Part shown: positions 62,054 to 64,000 of the stretch, one piece after another | Layout: each line of letters opens with the position of its first letter | Numbering within the stretch: the stretch's first letter is position 1 | From: an uncultured bacterium | GTDB taxonomy: Bacteria > Babelota > Babeliae > Babelales > Vermiphilaceae | Direction: 5' to 3' | Assembly (NCBI GenBank): GCA_963702025.1 | Contig: OY969699.1 | Span: 1,440,001-1,504,000, forward strand | DNA: 64,000 nt | Notes under the pieces: generated by a model | Databases searched by the model: none | The model's input: the letters and a program-made list of their open reading frames with translations, nothing else | Told to the model about the DNA's origin: nothing | Position numbers and translations under genes: made by a program

Positions 62054-62121
62054 GCACATAGTTTCAAATAAGTAAAAAAAAATGAGTATACTACAATAAT
62101 AAATAACTCAAGGAATTTTAT

Positions 62122-63213
62122 ATGTTATTTGATGAACTACAAGAACAACTCAAAGCATTACTACCCGACATTGCCATAATAAAAAATTATTGGGAAAGCA
62201 GCTCGCTCGAAAAACGTTTTGAACAATTAGAGCAAGAAACGGTGCAAGAAGCTTTTTGGAAAAATCCAAAACAGGCAGATCTTTTAAAAGAGCTGCAACA
62301 GATTAAACAAATACGGGAAAACTATTTATATATCATCCGATCGAGCAACGATATTCCTGAATTACTACAATTATTTGCCAGTGATGAAAATGAACTGAAA
62401 AAATTGAGCGGCGATATACGCGCTCTTGCAAAAGCAGTCGCAGCCTTTAAAATAAATATTCTTTTGGGAAAATCTGAAGATGCTTCCGATGCATTTTTGA
62501 CCATTAATGCGGGAGCAGGCGGTACTGAATCGCAAGACTGGGCAGAAATGTTACTTCGCATGTACGTTCGTTTTTGTGAACGGCAAGGCTTTAAGGTTTC
62601 TATTCTTGATTACCAAGCCGGCGAAGGTGCCGGTATCAAATCTGCCACCTTATTTATACAAGGTAAAAACGTCTACGGTTTACTCAAAAGCGAAAACGGC
62701 ATCCATCGCCTCGTGCGAATATCACCCTTCGACGCCAATAAACGGCGACACACTTCATTCTCTGCTGTCTCGGTAACGCCAGAAGTGCCTGAACAAGAAA
62801 TTGTTATCGATCCCAGTGATTTGCGTATTGATACCTATCGTTCAGGTGGGGCTGGCGGCCAGCATGTTAATAAAACAGAATCTGCAATACGTATTACGCA
62901 TATTCCAACCAACACCGTGGTACAGTGCCAAATCGAGCGTTCTCAAGCACAGAATAAAGAAACTGCCATGAAAATGCTTAAAGCAAAATTGGTACAGAAA
63001 CAAAAAGAAGAACAAGAGGCAAAACAAGCATCAGTTGAAAAGAAAAAAATTGAATGGGGATCACAAATTCGCTCATATGTCTTACATCCGTATAAAATGG
63101 TTAAGGATCATCGCACTGATTTTGAGTCACCACAACCGGAATTGGTCCTCGATGGTGATATTATGGATTTTATTGAAAATTATTTGATATGGGCAGCAAA
63201 AGAGAATGCGTAA
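62122..63213 (+). CDS. prfB: Peptide chain release factor 2, without programmed frameshift
   Basis: GAGGTESQDW, SPF, GGQ and WGSQIRSY; one uninterrupted ORF. Confidence 0.97.
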   Translation: MLFDELQEQLKALLPDIAIIKNYWESSSLEKRFEQLEQETVQEAFWKNPKQADLLKELQQIKQIRENYLYIIRSSNDIPELLQLFASDENELKKLSGDIRALAKAVAAFKINILLGKSEDASDAFLTINAGAGGTESQDWAEMLLRMYVRFCERQGFKVSILDYQAGEGAGIKSATLFIQGKNVYGLLKSENGIHRLVRISPFDANKRRHTSFSAVSVTPEVPEQEIVIDPSDLRIDTYRSGGAGGQHVNKTESAIRITHIPTNTVVQCQIERSQAQNKETAMKMLKAKLVQKQKEEQEAKQASVEKKKIEWGSQIRSYVLHPYKMVKDHRTDFESPQPELVLDGDIMDFIENYLIWAAKENA

Positions 63214-63291
63214 CAAAATAATCATAGTATATTCTTGGATGTAATTTTTGTTATTCTAAAAAAATAATCCTACTTTACGCATGAGAGTTCA

Positions 63292-64000
63292 ATGAAAAAA
63301 ATAACGATAAGACAGTTAGTTGTTCTGATTATTACTTTTTTTATCTGCTGCGGCGATTCTCCTATTGATCAGGTACCCACACAAAATTACACCGATAGAA
63401 TTCTTCCCGAGAGAGTCAATAATAATTTATTCTTCAACACACAATTTTTAGGCCAATATGAGCAGGTTGCCAATACATTAATTTCGCAAAAAGGCTTTCA
63501 AGAAGTCTATTTTCTTTCTTCTGACAACGTCTGTTTAAACGGCTTATGGCGCCAGAGCACCGATTCTCCTTATACCATTATATTTTGCGCAGGCTTTTAT
63601 CCGGGCCGCAAAGAGGGATTAGCTTCATTTGTAGAAATTGCTCCACCCGATTGCAATATATTATTCTTCGACGCACGGGGGCACGGAAAAAGCAACGGAA
63701 GATTTTTTAGCAATATTCACAACTACGGCATTGATGAATATAAGGATATTATCGGCGCCGTTGAGTTTGTAAAAAAAGAAACAAATGGGCCGATATTTAT
63801 TCACGGCATTTGTGCCGGTGCATTTAACGCGGCACATGCACTCGCGCAAATAAGTGCGCAAGAATATCGGGTTAAGGGATTAATTTTTGATAGCGGAATA
63901 ATTTCAATCCCTGAAGCATGCCATGTACCCGAGAAATATTTTTGCCAAAAAATAATTCCCACAATGCTCATGAATTTTTTTCCAAAAGATACTAAGGAAA
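63292..64000 (+). CDS. Alpha/beta hydrolase, 3'-truncated by the window edge
   Basis: Manual translation MKKITIRQLVVLIITFFICC...FDARGHGKS...HGICAGAF...FDS. Confidence 0.8.
   Translation, partial: MKKITIRQLVVLIITFFICCGDSPIDQVPTQNYTDRILPERVNNNLFFNTQFLGQYEQVANTLISQKGFQEVYFLSSDNVCLNGLWRQSTDSPYTIIFCAGFYPGRKEGLASFVEIAPPDCNILFFDARGHGKSNGRFFSNIHNYGIDEYKDIIGAVEFVKKETNGPIFIHGICAGAFNAAHALAQISAQEYRVKGLIFDSGIISIPEACHVPEKYFCQKIIPTMLMNFFPKDTKE

Overview
AT-rich bacterial chromosome window, most likely from Candidatus Dependentiae (TM6/Babeliae), an intracellular parasite of protists. That assignment is an inference from the NTT ATP/ADP translocase, DUF2608, ankyrin proteins and many signal-peptide proteins with an 'A-M-E' cleavage motif; the 16S was not classified. 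Positions 1-35 kb are an accessory region. It holds the 3' end of a haemagglutinin-like toxin with a His-Cys protease tip, a racemase plus D,D-dipeptidase pair, two toxin-antitoxin pairs, and a cluster of secreted proteins carrying Skp1-, F-box- and SOCS-box-like motifs. It also holds detoxification-type genes (two APH, GNATs, ABC-2, an ABC-F with an attenuator-like leader, PadR/UvrA2) and several frameshifted or truncated genes. Positions 35-54 kb mix core genes (NTT, ligD, mscL, murA, rluB-like, tdk, radA) with secreted proteins, one of which ends in a CaaX box. Positions 54-60 kb are a complete minus-strand rrn operon (16S, tRNA-Ile, tRNA-Ala, 23S, 5S). Its 23S gene is interrupted after U1917 by a 746-nt group I intron encoding a LAGLIDADG homing endonuclease. 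The window ends with a secreted hydrolase, an in-frame prfB and a truncated hydrolase. No CRISPR array, IS or prophage was seen.
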